Assembly (NCBI GenBank): GCA_964620965.1
Contig: CAZUHV010000002.1
Span: 117,452 to 181,451, forward strand
Direction: 5' to 3'
Origin: an uncultured Pseudomonadales bacterium
Lineage (GTDB): Bacteria > Patescibacteriota > Microgenomatia > UBA1400 > PJMF01
Length of the DNA: 64,000 nucleotides
Under the pieces are notes generated by a model, which was not told the DNA's origin, did not search any database, and was given only the letters and a program-made list of their open reading frames with translations. Shown piece by piece: positions 43,645 through 55,118 of this stretch (the first letter of the stretch is position 1; each line of letters opens with the position of its first letter). The translations under genes and the position numbers were made by a program.

Positions 43645-44554
43645 CGGATATAAAGTTTCAATTATTGGCTGTGGTAAGGTTGGTATGACAACTGCATACT
43701 CACTGCTTCATGACGGCGTCATTAATGAATTACTCCTAGTTGGCAGATCTAAAGAAAAAATCATTGGTGAGCAACTCGACCTCGAACATGGTTTGAGCTT
43801 TATGCATCACGTAAAAGTTGATTCTACTGATGACTACAAAGACCTTAAAAATAGCGACATTGTCATTTTTACTGCCGGAGCTGCACAAAAACCAGGAGAC
43901 ACAAGACTAGATCTAACCCAAAAAAATCTAGCAATTATCGAAGACGTTATTCCAAAAATTGTTGCGAACGCTCCAGACGCAGTGATTTTGATCGTAACAA
44001 ATCCTGTTGATATCCTTACGTACCGTGCATATCAGATTGCAGGACTTCCAAAAGGAAGAATTTTTGGTTCCGGAACAACTCTAGATACGGCACGTTTTAG
44101 ATTTCATTTATCTGAATTCTTAAAACTTAACCCAAAAAGCATTCATGCATATGTACTTGGAGAACATGGAGACCATTCATTCCCAGCCATATCTAGTGCC
44201 TCAGTCGGTGGACAACCACTTTCTACACTACCGGGATTTTCTGAAGAAAGAGTAGAGCGCGCGTATCTTGCTGCAAGGAATGCAGCATATAAAATTATTG
44301 CCTCAAAAGGAGCCACTTATTATGCAATTGGTGCTGTTGTCGCCCATATTGTTAGAAAAATTTTAACTGATGCAAAATCTATCCTACCAGTTTCAGTTCC
44401 ACTACATCAGTATCATGACATTAGTGGAATCGCTTTAAGTGTGCCTTGTGTAGTTGGAAGAAATGGAGTAGAAAAAACTCTAGAAATCAAGCTCTCTTGG
44501 GATGAAAAACAGAAGCTTCACCAGGCAGCAGAAACTCTTAAAAAATTTCTATAG
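43634..44554 (+). CDS. ldh: L-lactate dehydrogenase
   Basis: GCGKVG, AGAAQKPGDTRLDL (Gln specificity residue), NPVD, SGTTLDTARF, GEHGD, KGATYY. Confidence 0.93.
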   Translation: MKDNGYKVSIIGCGKVGMTTAYSLLHDGVINELLLVGRSKEKIIGEQLDLEHGLSFMHHVKVDSTDDYKDLKNSDIVIFTAGAAQKPGDTRLDLTQKNLAIIEDVIPKIVANAPDAVILIVTNPVDILTYRAYQIAGLPKGRIFGSGTTLDTARFRFHLSEFLKLNPKSIHAYVLGEHGDHSFPAISSASVGGQPLSTLPGFSEERVERAYLAARNAAYKIIASKGATYYAIGAVVAHIVRKILTDAKSILPVSVPLHQYHDISGIALSVPCVVGRNGVEKTLEIKLSWDEKQKLHQAAETLKKFL

Positions 44555-44599
44555 GATTGGCAATTACTTAAATTGTCTGCTAAAAGTTATAAAAAATAA

Positions 44600-45460
44600 T
44601 TATAATTGACATACCGGGCAAAAATATGTGCCCCTACCACCAATTTTGATTTTTTGAATCTTTTTTGAGCAATTTTGACAGGGTTCGCCTTCTTTTCCAT
44701 ATACTCTGACTTTTTCTTGATATTTCCCAGCAAAACCATCAACCGTTCTATAATTATCTATTGTCGCACCACCAAGCTCTATCCCTAAAGAAATTACTTC
44801 TTTGAGTGAATCTAAAAGTATCTCTATTTCAGATTTGGATAAACTGTTTGCACTTCTTCTTGGGTCAATCTTTGCTAAATGCAACCCATCACATGCATAA
44901 ATATTACCAACTCCGGAAATTATTGAGTTATCCATAATAACTTGTTTAATATTTCTATTTGTCTTTTTGAGTTTCTCTGCAAAATATTCTAAAGTTGCAG
45001 CTTGTGTATGAACGTCTGGTCCATACTTTTCAAACTCTTTTTGGACCTCTAAATCTGTTGCAACTTTTACCCAACCAAAGATCCTCATATCATTAAAAAA
45101 AAGTTTACTCTGCTCCTGATTTTCTTCACTCAAAGAAAACTGAATTCTTGAGTGTTTACTTGGTAACTCAGAAACCCAATCTGCTGTTGGATGCCCACCT
45201 CCAAGTCGTGCTCCATCTGCCCCAATAAAAATAAACTGGCCAGTCATTTTTAAATGAGCTAAAAGATTACTATTATCTGTTAACTGAATCCTAATTAACT
45301 TAGCTCTTCTGGAAACTGAACAAACTTGCTTGCCTACTACAAACTCTAGTGCTCCTTGAAAACTTTTAGGATGCAAAACAGTAACTTCGTCAATGTATTT
45401 TCCAGGCAAAACTTGACTTAGTCTCCTCACAATCGTCTCAACTTCTGGAAGTTCTGGCAT
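44600..45460 (-). CDS. mutM: formamidopyrimidine-DNA glycosylase
   Basis: PELPEVE, RRAK, HLKMTG, DMRIFG, GVGNIY, C-terminal zinc finger CQNC...CPVCQ. Confidence 0.97.
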   Translation of the reverse strand: MPELPEVETIVRRLSQVLPGKYIDEVTVLHPKSFQGALEFVVGKQVCSVSRRAKLIRIQLTDNSNLLAHLKMTGQFIFIGADGARLGGGHPTADWVSELPSKHSRIQFSLSEENQEQSKLFFNDMRIFGWVKVATDLEVQKEFEKYGPDVHTQAATLEYFAEKLKKTNRNIKQVIMDNSIISGVGNIYACDGLHLAKIDPRRSANSLSKSEIEILLDSLKEVISLGIELGGATIDNYRTVDGFAGKYQEKVRVYGKEGEPCQNCSKKIQKIKIGGRGTYFCPVCQL

Positions 45461-45837
45461 TATCTTTTTCTTTTATCAATCTTATCTAACCTTTTTGAGA
45501 TATTAATTGGTCTTAAACCAAGTTGAGTTCTCATTGTTGTTGCAATATATACAATCCAATCTCGTAGTGAATGTTTTTCTTCTCCCAAAGCTTCTTCATA
45601 CAAACTGAGTAAGCGTTTTTCTAGTTGAAACATTCTTTGCTTTAATTTACGTTGTTTGTGTTTTTTAGTATTTTCTTGAGAGAAATCTACAACATCAGTT
45701 TGCAGTTCTTGAAACTTTAATTTAGCCTGCTGCAGTCTTTCTGTAAGAGGGGTAGGTTCAACAACTTGCCAATCTTCAAAGAAATAGCCTGGAACAGAAC
45801 AACCTGCTTCTAACATACCTGTACGACCAGTAATCAT
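45460..45837 (-). CDS. hypothetical protein (coiled-coil)
   Basis: 125-aa ORF with AAAGG SD; its stop overlaps the mutM start (TAATG). Confidence 0.6.
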   Translation of the reverse strand: MITGRTGMLEAGCSVPGYFFEDWQVVEPTPLTERLQQAKLKFQELQTDVVDFSQENTKKHKQRKLKQRMFQLEKRLLSLYEEALGEEKHSLRDWIVYIATTMRTQLGLRPINISKRLDKIDKRKR

Positions 45838-45956
45838 AGCGACCTTTCTTCTAGCTTAATTACCCAAATTATACACAGCATCCTATTTTTTTGTTGCTTT
45901 GTTTTTCTTACGACCTTATTGTCAAGGTTAAAGGTAAAGAAATTATATTGTGGAAT

Positions 45957-45979
45957 AAAAAATAGCCCCAAAGGGGCTA
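45957..45979 (-). terminator. terminator after tRNA-Lys
   Basis: On the minus strand: TAGCCCC-TTT-GGGGCTA-TTTTTT. Confidence 0.75.
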
Positions 45980-45987
45980 AAAACATT

Positions 45988-46064
45988 TGGTGAGTCCGCT
46001 GGGACTCGAACCCAGGACGCACAGCTTAAAAGGCTGTCGCTCTAACCGACTGAGCTACGGACCC
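45988..46064 (-). tRNA. tRNA-Lys(UUU)
   Basis: Reverse complement GGGTCCGTAGCTCAGTCGGTTAGAGCG-ACAGC-CT-TTT-AA-GCTGT-GCGTC-CTGGG-TTCGAGT-CCCAG-CGGACTC-ACCA; TGcTATAAT promoter at 46092-46100. Confidence 0.97.
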
Positions 46065-46200
46065 TCACAAATAATGTTAATCAAGAAGGGTATTATAGCA
46101 AAGAATACCTTAAAAGAGAACAATTAAAAACAATATAAATAATAAGTCTTGCAAAATCTCGAGTTTTTTAAGATACTAGATACATACCATCTAAAATCTT

Positions 46201-48138
46201 ATGCTTAATACAAAAAAATTACTCTACATATTGCCAGATCTAGCTTATATCGCAGAACTACTCCCTGCGAAGAAGGAGTATACTTTTTCTATTCAGGCGT
46301 TTAAACAAATAAATGGTGAATTCATTACCGAAAATGAGCTTATCCCAACAAGCATTGAAAAATTATTCTCAAAACTAGAAAAAGAAGAATATCACCTGGT
46401 ACTCCCAGATTTTCTATTTACAAATACCATCGTCAATGTCGAAGGAACTTCTAAAACAGCTGTTCTTGAACATGTTGAAACAAATTTGCTTCCAGACTTA
46501 GAACTTTCCAAAGATACGCATGAAATTGAGACAACTGTTCTTACAAGCTTCAAAGGCAATTCAAAGGTTCAAATTTCAGCAATAGAGAAAAGTGTTCTTG
46601 CTCCATTAAGAGCAATGGTCAAAAAATCAGAAGTGAAAATTTCAGCTGTTTCTCCACTTTCTTGGATAATCAAAGCCATAGTTTCACTCGAACCATCTAT
46701 CACAGTTTTACAAATGGGTTCACACCTCTATGCGGCTCAACACTACATAGGAGTTGATCAAGCAAGTAGCTTTCCGTTAGAAGAGTACGACGCAATCGTA
46801 GAAACAATTAAAACACTCAAAGGGGCAGAGCCGTCTATCCAGTCTGTCTATTTAGCATCAAGTGCTCTAGTTGAAGAAGATATTAAAGATAAACTTTCTG
46901 ATACATTACCTATACAACAGCTAGCTACTTTTAAAGAAGATGACTCTAAAATGCCTTCTTATGTTAAATTCATCATAGAATCATCAATGAGAACTTTGTC
47001 GATTCCTGATTTTCCTGTTCCTCAGTTTGAGTTAGGTAAACCAAGTGAGGAAGACCTCAATTCTCTGACAACCCCTATCCCTGTCACAAAAACCGAAGAT
47101 TCAGAAGAAATAACAGATAATTCTGAAGACACATTACCAGAACCTTCTGTTCCAGAAAAAGTAAAAGAAACTGAACTTTTAGGAAAAACTGAAACAAGTA
47201 GTAAAACAGTTGAACCTGCCTCAACGGATCTACCAGCTCCTTCTATGGTGCCTCCAGTAGTACCTCCAGAGTCAGAAGATTCAGAGAAAGAGACTATGCC
47301 TGAAGATACAAAAAAAGCTACCAAACCTGAGGTAACGGAAACAGAAAGTAAAGAAGAGGCTGAACTCCCATCAATCCCAGAAATAGAAACTACACCTGAA
47401 GTAGAAGCAGATACCGATCAAACAGAAAGTGCTGAAACTAAATCTGATGAAGTCAAACCAATTGCAACAGATAGTTCTGAAACCAAATCACAAGAAAAGA
47501 GCGAAATTGACCTTTCACAGTTCGCAAATAAAGAATCAGATGATGACAATGGTCTTGCTGTAGAAAGTACGACTCCAAGTAAAACTTCAGAAACGCCTGA
47601 GGCTACCCCTATTAAAAATCTTGACAAACCACAAAAAAAGGTTATAAAGAACTCATCAGGAGTAAATAATATGCTCAAAATGGTTTTCATAACAGTCGCT
47701 GTTTTCTTTATTACAATCGCAATCGGTGTAGGCGTTGGACTTGGGTTATTGAAAATGTCTGATAAACAACCTAAAGAGACTGCATCCACAGTTGTTGAAA
47801 CTACCCCAGAACCTACCGCAACTCCTACTCCAACCCCAGAACCCGTTGAGATCAAAAAAGATGAGCTTTCTATACTTGTTGTTAACGCAACAACAAAAGC
47901 TGGATACGCAGGTAAAATAAAGACGCTTTTAGTTGCTGCAGAAATCGAAGATATCTCTGCGGGTAATGCCAAAGGAGAGTATGAAGAAGGCACTGATTAT
48001 GTTCTTATGAAAGAAGAAAATCCATCTTTACAAAAACTTCTTGAAGAATCAACAGAGCTTACTTTTGAGTATTCAGCAGATATCGAAACAGAAGACGCAG
48101 CTGGCAAATATGATGCGGTCATAGTTCTGGCAAAGTAA
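46201..48138 (+). CDS. bitopic protein: actin/PilM-like cytoplasmic domain (tentative), acidic disordered linker, TM, LytR_C domain
   Basis: Folded N-terminal ~280 aa; E/P/T-rich linker; TM VFITVAVFFITIAIGVGVGLGLL; VVNATTKAGYAG...AGNA...DAVIVL. Confidence 0.7.
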   Translation: MLNTKKLLYILPDLAYIAELLPAKKEYTFSIQAFKQINGEFITENELIPTSIEKLFSKLEKEEYHLVLPDFLFTNTIVNVEGTSKTAVLEHVETNLLPDLELSKDTHEIETTVLTSFKGNSKVQISAIEKSVLAPLRAMVKKSEVKISAVSPLSWIIKAIVSLEPSITVLQMGSHLYAAQHYIGVDQASSFPLEEYDAIVETIKTLKGAEPSIQSVYLASSALVEEDIKDKLSDTLPIQQLATFKEDDSKMPSYVKFIIESSMRTLSIPDFPVPQFELGKPSEEDLNSLTTPIPVTKTEDSEEITDNSEDTLPEPSVPEKVKETELLGKTETSSKTVEPASTDLPAPSMVPPVVPPESEDSEKETMPEDTKKATKPEVTETESKEEAELPSIPEIETTPEVEADTDQTESAETKSDEVKPIATDSSETKSQEKSEIDLSQFANKESDDDNGLAVESTTPSKTSETPEATPIKNLDKPQKKVIKNSSGVNNMLKMVFITVAVFFITIAIGVGVGLGLLKMSDKQPKETASTVVETTPEPTATPTPTPEPVEIKKDELSILVVNATTKAGYAGKIKTLLVAAEIEDISAGNAKGEYEEGTDYVLMKEENPSLQKLLEESTELTFEYSADIETEDAAGKYDAVIVLAK

Positions 48139-48271
48139 CAAATTGTCTCTTGCCCTTAAAAAAAAGCACGATATAATTCTTTTTGTGTATGCATATCTAG
48201 TATGCATTCACGTTGTTGGTTAAATAAGAAACTTAAAGTAGTAGATAATATTTAATAAAAAGAAAAACAAC

Positions 48272-49216
48272 ATGTCAGCAAGTGGTTTACACATCTCAAT
48301 TTCAGCTGAAAAGCTGTTCTCAGTAGGTAACTTGGTTATTACCAATTCAATGTTTACAAGTATGGTTGTCAGTGCAATTCTCATTGCCTTTGCATTCGCA
48401 GTAAACATGCAACTTAAGAAGACAGATAGACCAAGAGGGCTTCAAAACTTCGCAGAATTCATTATTGAAGCACTTCACGGGTTAGTAAACGGAGTAACGG
48501 GTGACTTGAAAAAGACCCGTCTTTTTTTTCCTGTTATTGCGAGCTTCTTCCTTTGGATTTTACTTAATAACTGGCTTGGACTCGTTCCTGGTGTAGGCAC
48601 TATCAGAATTGTCGAAAAATCTGAAGAAACTACAGAAGAATACATGGAAATTCAAGAAACAGAACAAGAAGAAACAGTAAAAGAAATCGAAGAACATTCC
48701 GGACTCATTGAAACAGTGCACGCTTCAGAACCCGTTGTTGAAGAAATAAGTTCTGAAGTAGTTGAATTAGAAGAATCTGTTGAACATACAGAAGAAACCG
48801 TTGCGCATGGTCCAAAATATGTTCCTGTCTTTAGACCTGGAACAGCCGACCTCAACACAACCTTAGCATTAGCAATAGTTTCCATCTTCATTACTCAAGT
48901 CTTTGGTATCAAATACTTAAGTCTTGGATACTTCAAAAAATTTATCAACTTCTCGAACCCAATTATGTTTTTTGTTGGAATTCTTGAATTAATTTCAGAG
49001 TTCGCAAAAATTATTTCATTTGCGTTTCGTCTATTTGGAAACATTTTTGCAGGAGAAGTCTTACTTGTTGTTCTTGCTTTCTTAGTTCCAGTAGTTGTCC
49101 CAATGCCATTTTATGGTCTTGAGCTCTTTGTCGGATTTATCCAAGCATTGGTCTTTTCAATGCTTTCATTAGTATTCTTCAACATGGCAACCCACAGCCA
49201 CGAAGGAGAACATTAA
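48272..49216 (+). CDS. atpB: ATP synthase F0 subunit a
   Basis: PRGLQNFAE, NNWLGLVPG, RPGTADLNTT, SFAFRLFGNIFAGE, GFIQALVF. Confidence 0.96.
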   Translation: MSASGLHISISAEKLFSVGNLVITNSMFTSMVVSAILIAFAFAVNMQLKKTDRPRGLQNFAEFIIEALHGLVNGVTGDLKKTRLFFPVIASFFLWILLNNWLGLVPGVGTIRIVEKSEETTEEYMEIQETEQEETVKEIEEHSGLIETVHASEPVVEEISSEVVELEESVEHTEETVAHGPKYVPVFRPGTADLNTTLALAIVSIFITQVFGIKYLSLGYFKKFINFSNPIMFFVGILELISEFAKIISFAFRLFGNIFAGEVLLVVLAFLVPVVVPMPFYGLELFVGFIQALVFSMLSLVFFNMATHSHEGEH

Positions 49217-49278
49217 AGATAAATAGTAGTAGTAAATTAGTAAAAAGTAAAAAATATTAATAGTAGGAGAAAAAAATT

Positions 49279-49494
49279 ATGACAACCGAATTTGCAGTCG
49301 CATTCGTTATGGGTCTTGGTTCTATTGGTCCAGCTTTCGCAATTGGTATGCTTGTTTCAAAAGGTCTTGAAGCAATTGGAAGAAATCCAGAAGCTGCAAG
49401 CAAAATCCAAACAAACATGATTCTTGGTATCGCATTTGCTGAAGCTATCGCTATCTACGCACTTGTTGTTGCTTTGATTTTAAAATTTGTTTAA
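49279..49494 (+). CDS. atpE: ATP synthase F0 subunit c
   Basis: GRNPEA loop; FAEAIAIY has the carboxylate but lacks the Na+ signature, so it is probably H+-coupled. Confidence 0.97.
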   Translation: MTTEFAVAFVMGLGSIGPAFAIGMLVSKGLEAIGRNPEAASKIQTNMILGIAFAEAIAIYALVVALILKFV

Positions 49495-49525
49495 TAGTTA
49501 TAAGGTCAAACAGTAAAGGAAATAT

Positions 49526-50011
49526 ATGGACATTCAATTAACACAAATACTGTTTCAAGCTATTAACTTTTCTGTAGTTTTAGGTGCATTAACATTTTTA
49601 CTATACAAACCAGTGTTAAAAATGTTTGATGAAAGATCACAAAAAATTGCTGAAGGTCAAAAAGCAGCTGAAACAGCTATAAAAGAAAAAGATGAACTTG
49701 AATCATCTAGAAAAAAGATGGAGTCAGATCTTAAAAAAGAAAGAGCACAAGTACTTAAAGAAGCTCAAGAAGAAGCTAAAGCTAAAGCACAAGACATTGT
49801 AGCTAACGCAAGAAAAGAAGCAAAAGAAGAAAAATCAAAATTGATTGATTCTTGGGAAACAGAAAAAGCTGCATTACTTAAATCAGCAAAACAAGACATG
49901 GCAGATGCTGTTGTCGCGGTTTCAGCTAAAGTAATTGGTAAAGCGCTTGATGCAAAAGCACAATCAAAATTGATTGATTCTGAATTAGAAACAATCTTAA
50001 AGAGTTTGTAA
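49526..50011 (+). CDS. atpF: ATP synthase F0 subunit b
   Basis: FQAINF TM, LYKP..ERSQKI, coiled coil; operon position. Confidence 0.95.
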   Translation: MDIQLTQILFQAINFSVVLGALTFLLYKPVLKMFDERSQKIAEGQKAAETAIKEKDELESSRKKMESDLKKERAQVLKEAQEEAKAKAQDIVANARKEAKEEKSKLIDSWETEKAALLKSAKQDMADAVVAVSAKVIGKALDAKAQSKLIDSELETILKSL

Positions 50012-50013
50012 TT

Positions 50014-50250
50014 ATGAAATCAATATTAAAAGTCACTGTCACATCAGCAGTTTCATTAACAAGTTCACAAGTTAAAAAAATTACTGATGCAGTGGAAAAA
50101 AAACACAAAGAAAGTACAGTCGAGTTAAAACAAGTTGTTGATCCTTCTGTTATTGCAGGATTAAAGATTACTGTTGGATCAGAAGAAATTGATGCAACAG
50201 CATATTCAAAACTTGAAAAACTCCACTTACAAATTAAACAAAGTTTGTAG
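50014..50250 (+). CDS. atpH: ATP synthase delta subunit (C-terminal domain only)
   Basis: VTSAVSL, VDPSVIAGLKITVG..IDAT; 78 aa. Confidence 0.9.
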   Translation: MKSILKVTVTSAVSLTSSQVKKITDAVEKKHKESTVELKQVVDPSVIAGLKITVGSEEIDATAYSKLEKLHLQIKQSL

Positions 50251-50261
50251 TAGAGGCATAC

Positions 50262-51791
50262 ATGAAAAAAAATTCAAAACAAAGTTTTAACCTTTCTATT
50301 GCCGACTTGGTAAGTCAATCAACAGTTACAATCGAAAAGCAAACTGTTGGTACGGTCAAGGCATATGGTGATGGAGTTGTAAAAGTTACCGGTTTAGATG
50401 ATGTTCGAGCTGGAGAGTTAATTGATTTGGGAAATAATCAATTTGGTTTGGCATTGAACTTAGAAAAAGAGGAGACAGGTATCGTTGTTTTGGGTGATGC
50501 TTCTCACTTGAAAGCAGGAGCTACTGTTAAAAAGACTGGAAGAATTCTATCTATTGGTGTTGGCGACGACATTTTGGGAAGAACAGTTGACGTTTTAGGA
50601 AGAGTACTTGACGGTGGAACAGCTATCTCAATTGAAAAAAACATGCTTTTAGAAAAAAAAGCTCCTGGAATTATGCCTCGCCAATCAGTTTCTGTTCCTA
50701 TGCACACCGGTCTTAAAGCAGTAGACGCTTTAGTCCCAATTGGTAGAGGACAACGTGAACTTATTATTGGTGACAGATCCACAGGTAAAACTGCAGTTGC
50801 TTTAGGAGCGATCCTAAACCAAAAAGGAGAAGACTTAATTTGTGTTTATGTTTGTATCGGTCAAAAAAGATCATCTTTGGCTCAAACCATTGAAGTCTTA
50901 GACAAAGCCGGCGCAATGGAGTACACAACCGTTGTTTCTGCAACTGCTTCAGTTTCTGCAGCAGAACAATTCTTAGCTCCATACGCAGGTCAAGCTGTTG
51001 CTGAATACTTCCTAGACAAAGGAAAAGACGTTTTAATTATTTTTGATGATCTCACCAAACATGCACAAGCATATCGTGAAATTTCACTTTTGCTCAAACG
51101 TCCTTCTGGTCGTGAGGCATATCCTGGTGACGTTTTTTATCTTCACTCAAGATTACTAGAAAGAGCATGTAGACTAAACAAAGACAATGGTGGTGGTTCT
51201 ATTACAGCATTACCTATCATTGAAACACAAGGTAATGACGTTTCTGCATTTATTCCAACAAACGTTATTTCTATCACAGATGGTCAAATTTATCTTGAAT
51301 CAGACCTATTTAACGCAGGTATGAAACCAGCTATTAACGTTGGTCTTTCAGTTTCTCGTGTTGGTGGTGCTGCTCAGGTTAAAGCAACCAAACAAGTTGC
51401 TGGTACTATGAAGCTCGACCTTGCTCAATTTAGAGAACTCCAAGCTTTTGCACAATTTAGTTCAGACTTAGACGACAAAACAAAAGCCCAACTTGATAGA
51501 GGTGAAAGAGTTAATGCGATCCTTAAACAAGGATGGGATAAACCACTTAAAATGGAAGAACAGGTTGTTGTTATATACGCAGCTGTCAAAGGTTATTTAG
51601 ATAAAGTAGCAGTTGATGACATTCAAAAATGGGAAGCAGCATATCTTGAAACAATCAAAGGTTCTTACCAAGTAATATTAGAAAGTATTGTCAAAGAACA
51701 AAAACTTACTGAAGAAACCGAAGCTCAGCTCGTGGATGCAATACAAACTTTCAATAACATGCATTCTGAACTAGTTTCTCAAGAAGAGTAA
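50262..51791 (+). CDS. atpA: ATP synthase F1 alpha
   Basis: GRGQRELIIGDRSTGKT, PSGREAYPGDVFY, SVSRVG. Confidence 0.98.
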   Translation: MKKNSKQSFNLSIADLVSQSTVTIEKQTVGTVKAYGDGVVKVTGLDDVRAGELIDLGNNQFGLALNLEKEETGIVVLGDASHLKAGATVKKTGRILSIGVGDDILGRTVDVLGRVLDGGTAISIEKNMLLEKKAPGIMPRQSVSVPMHTGLKAVDALVPIGRGQRELIIGDRSTGKTAVALGAILNQKGEDLICVYVCIGQKRSSLAQTIEVLDKAGAMEYTTVVSATASVSAAEQFLAPYAGQAVAEYFLDKGKDVLIIFDDLTKHAQAYREISLLLKRPSGREAYPGDVFYLHSRLLERACRLNKDNGGGSITALPIIETQGNDVSAFIPTNVISITDGQIYLESDLFNAGMKPAINVGLSVSRVGGAAQVKATKQVAGTMKLDLAQFRELQAFAQFSSDLDDKTKAQLDRGERVNAILKQGWDKPLKMEEQVVVIYAAVKGYLDKVAVDDIQKWEAAYLETIKGSYQVILESIVKEQKLTEETEAQLVDAIQTFNNMHSELVSQEE

Positions 51792-51792
51792 T

Positions 51793-54077
<2,285 letters not shown>

Positions 54078-54079
54078 TT

Positions 54080-54502
54080 ATGAAACATATTTTGTTAACT
54101 GTTGTCTCACAAGAAAAACAGTTACTCAAAACACAAGTCGAACAAATCACAGCTCCTACAGTAACTGGTGAAATCACTGTTTTGCCTGAGCACATTGGCT
54201 TATTTAGTAAACTCGAAACCGGGGAGCTCAAATACATTGTTGATGGTAAAGAAGAATCTCTCGTTATTTCTGATGGATTTATTACTGTATCTCCAGACAG
54301 TACTGTAACAATAATGGTAGACACTGCAAAATTCGCACGAGATATTTCCCTTGCTAAAGCTGAAGAAGCTGTTCAAGCTGCAAAAGAGACTATCAAAGCA
54401 TCTCCAGAAGACCGAAGAGAACTATTAATGGCGGAAGCATCATTAAAGCGTGCATTACTAGAAATCAGAGTTGCTCAAAAAACACGAAAAACTTCAATTT
54501 AA
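54080..54502 (+). CDS. atpC: ATP synthase F1 epsilon
   Basis: GEITVLPEH, GFITV, C-terminal helical hairpin; last gene of the operon. Confidence 0.95.
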   Translation: MKHILLTVVSQEKQLLKTQVEQITAPTVTGEITVLPEHIGLFSKLETGELKYIVDGKEESLVISDGFITVSPDSTVTIMVDTAKFARDISLAKAEEAVQAAKETIKASPEDRRELLMAEASLKRALLEIRVAQKTRKTSI

Positions 54503-54584
54503 CTAAAAAAAATAAACCAATTTCCAGAGTAAACTATAAAAAAAACTTGCTGAATAAAAAAACTACTATATACTATTCACTGTT

Positions 54585-55073
54585 ATGACAAATACAAAAA
54601 TAGCCATAAATAACCAAATCGAAATAACAAAAGAGGGTTTAGAAGAAATTAAAGCTGAACTCCAAGAGCTTGCTGACGTCAAGTTACCAGCAATTATTAA
54701 GCGTGTAGCAAAAGCCCGTGAACATGGAGATCTCTCAGAAAATGCAGAGTACCATTCTGCTCGAGATGACCAACAGCTTATGCAAGCACGTATCGATGAA
54801 CTACAAAACATTGTTGACAATGCTGTCGTAGTTAAAAACACCAGAAGCCAAAACAAAGTTGGCATGGGCTCTGTTGTAACAATTCAAAAAGTTGGTACTA
54901 AAAAAGATAAAACTGTTTCTATCGTTGGCGAATTCGAAGCTGACCCAGCAGCAAATAAAATTTCTAGTGGATCTCCATTAGGGGCTGCTTTAATCGGTAA
55001 GAAGAAGGGTGACCGTATTTTAGTGAAAGCTCCAGCGGGGGAAATAGAGTACGAAATTATAAAAATTCAATAA
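54585..55073 (+). CDS. greA: transcription elongation factor GreA
   Basis: ITKEG, AREHGDLSENAEYHSA, EADP..KISSGSPLGAAL. Confidence 0.96.
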   Translation: MTNTKIAINNQIEITKEGLEEIKAELQELADVKLPAIIKRVAKAREHGDLSENAEYHSARDDQQLMQARIDELQNIVDNAVVVKNTRSQNKVGMGSVVTIQKVGTKKDKTVSIVGEFEADPAANKISSGSPLGAALIGKKKGDRILVKAPAGEIEYEIIKIQ

Positions 55074-55086
55074 AAAGAAAAAAGAT

Positions 55087-55112
55087 AAGCCCCGCACCAA
55101 GCGGGGCTTTTT
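55087..55112 (+). terminator. intrinsic terminator after greA
   Basis: AAGCCCCGC-ACCAA-GCGGGGCTT-TTT. Confidence 0.8.
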
Positions 55113-55118
55113 ATTATT

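Noticed and set aside
45834-46022. 62-aa minus-strand ORF
   Set aside because: It runs through tRNA-Lys and its terminator, so it is spurious.
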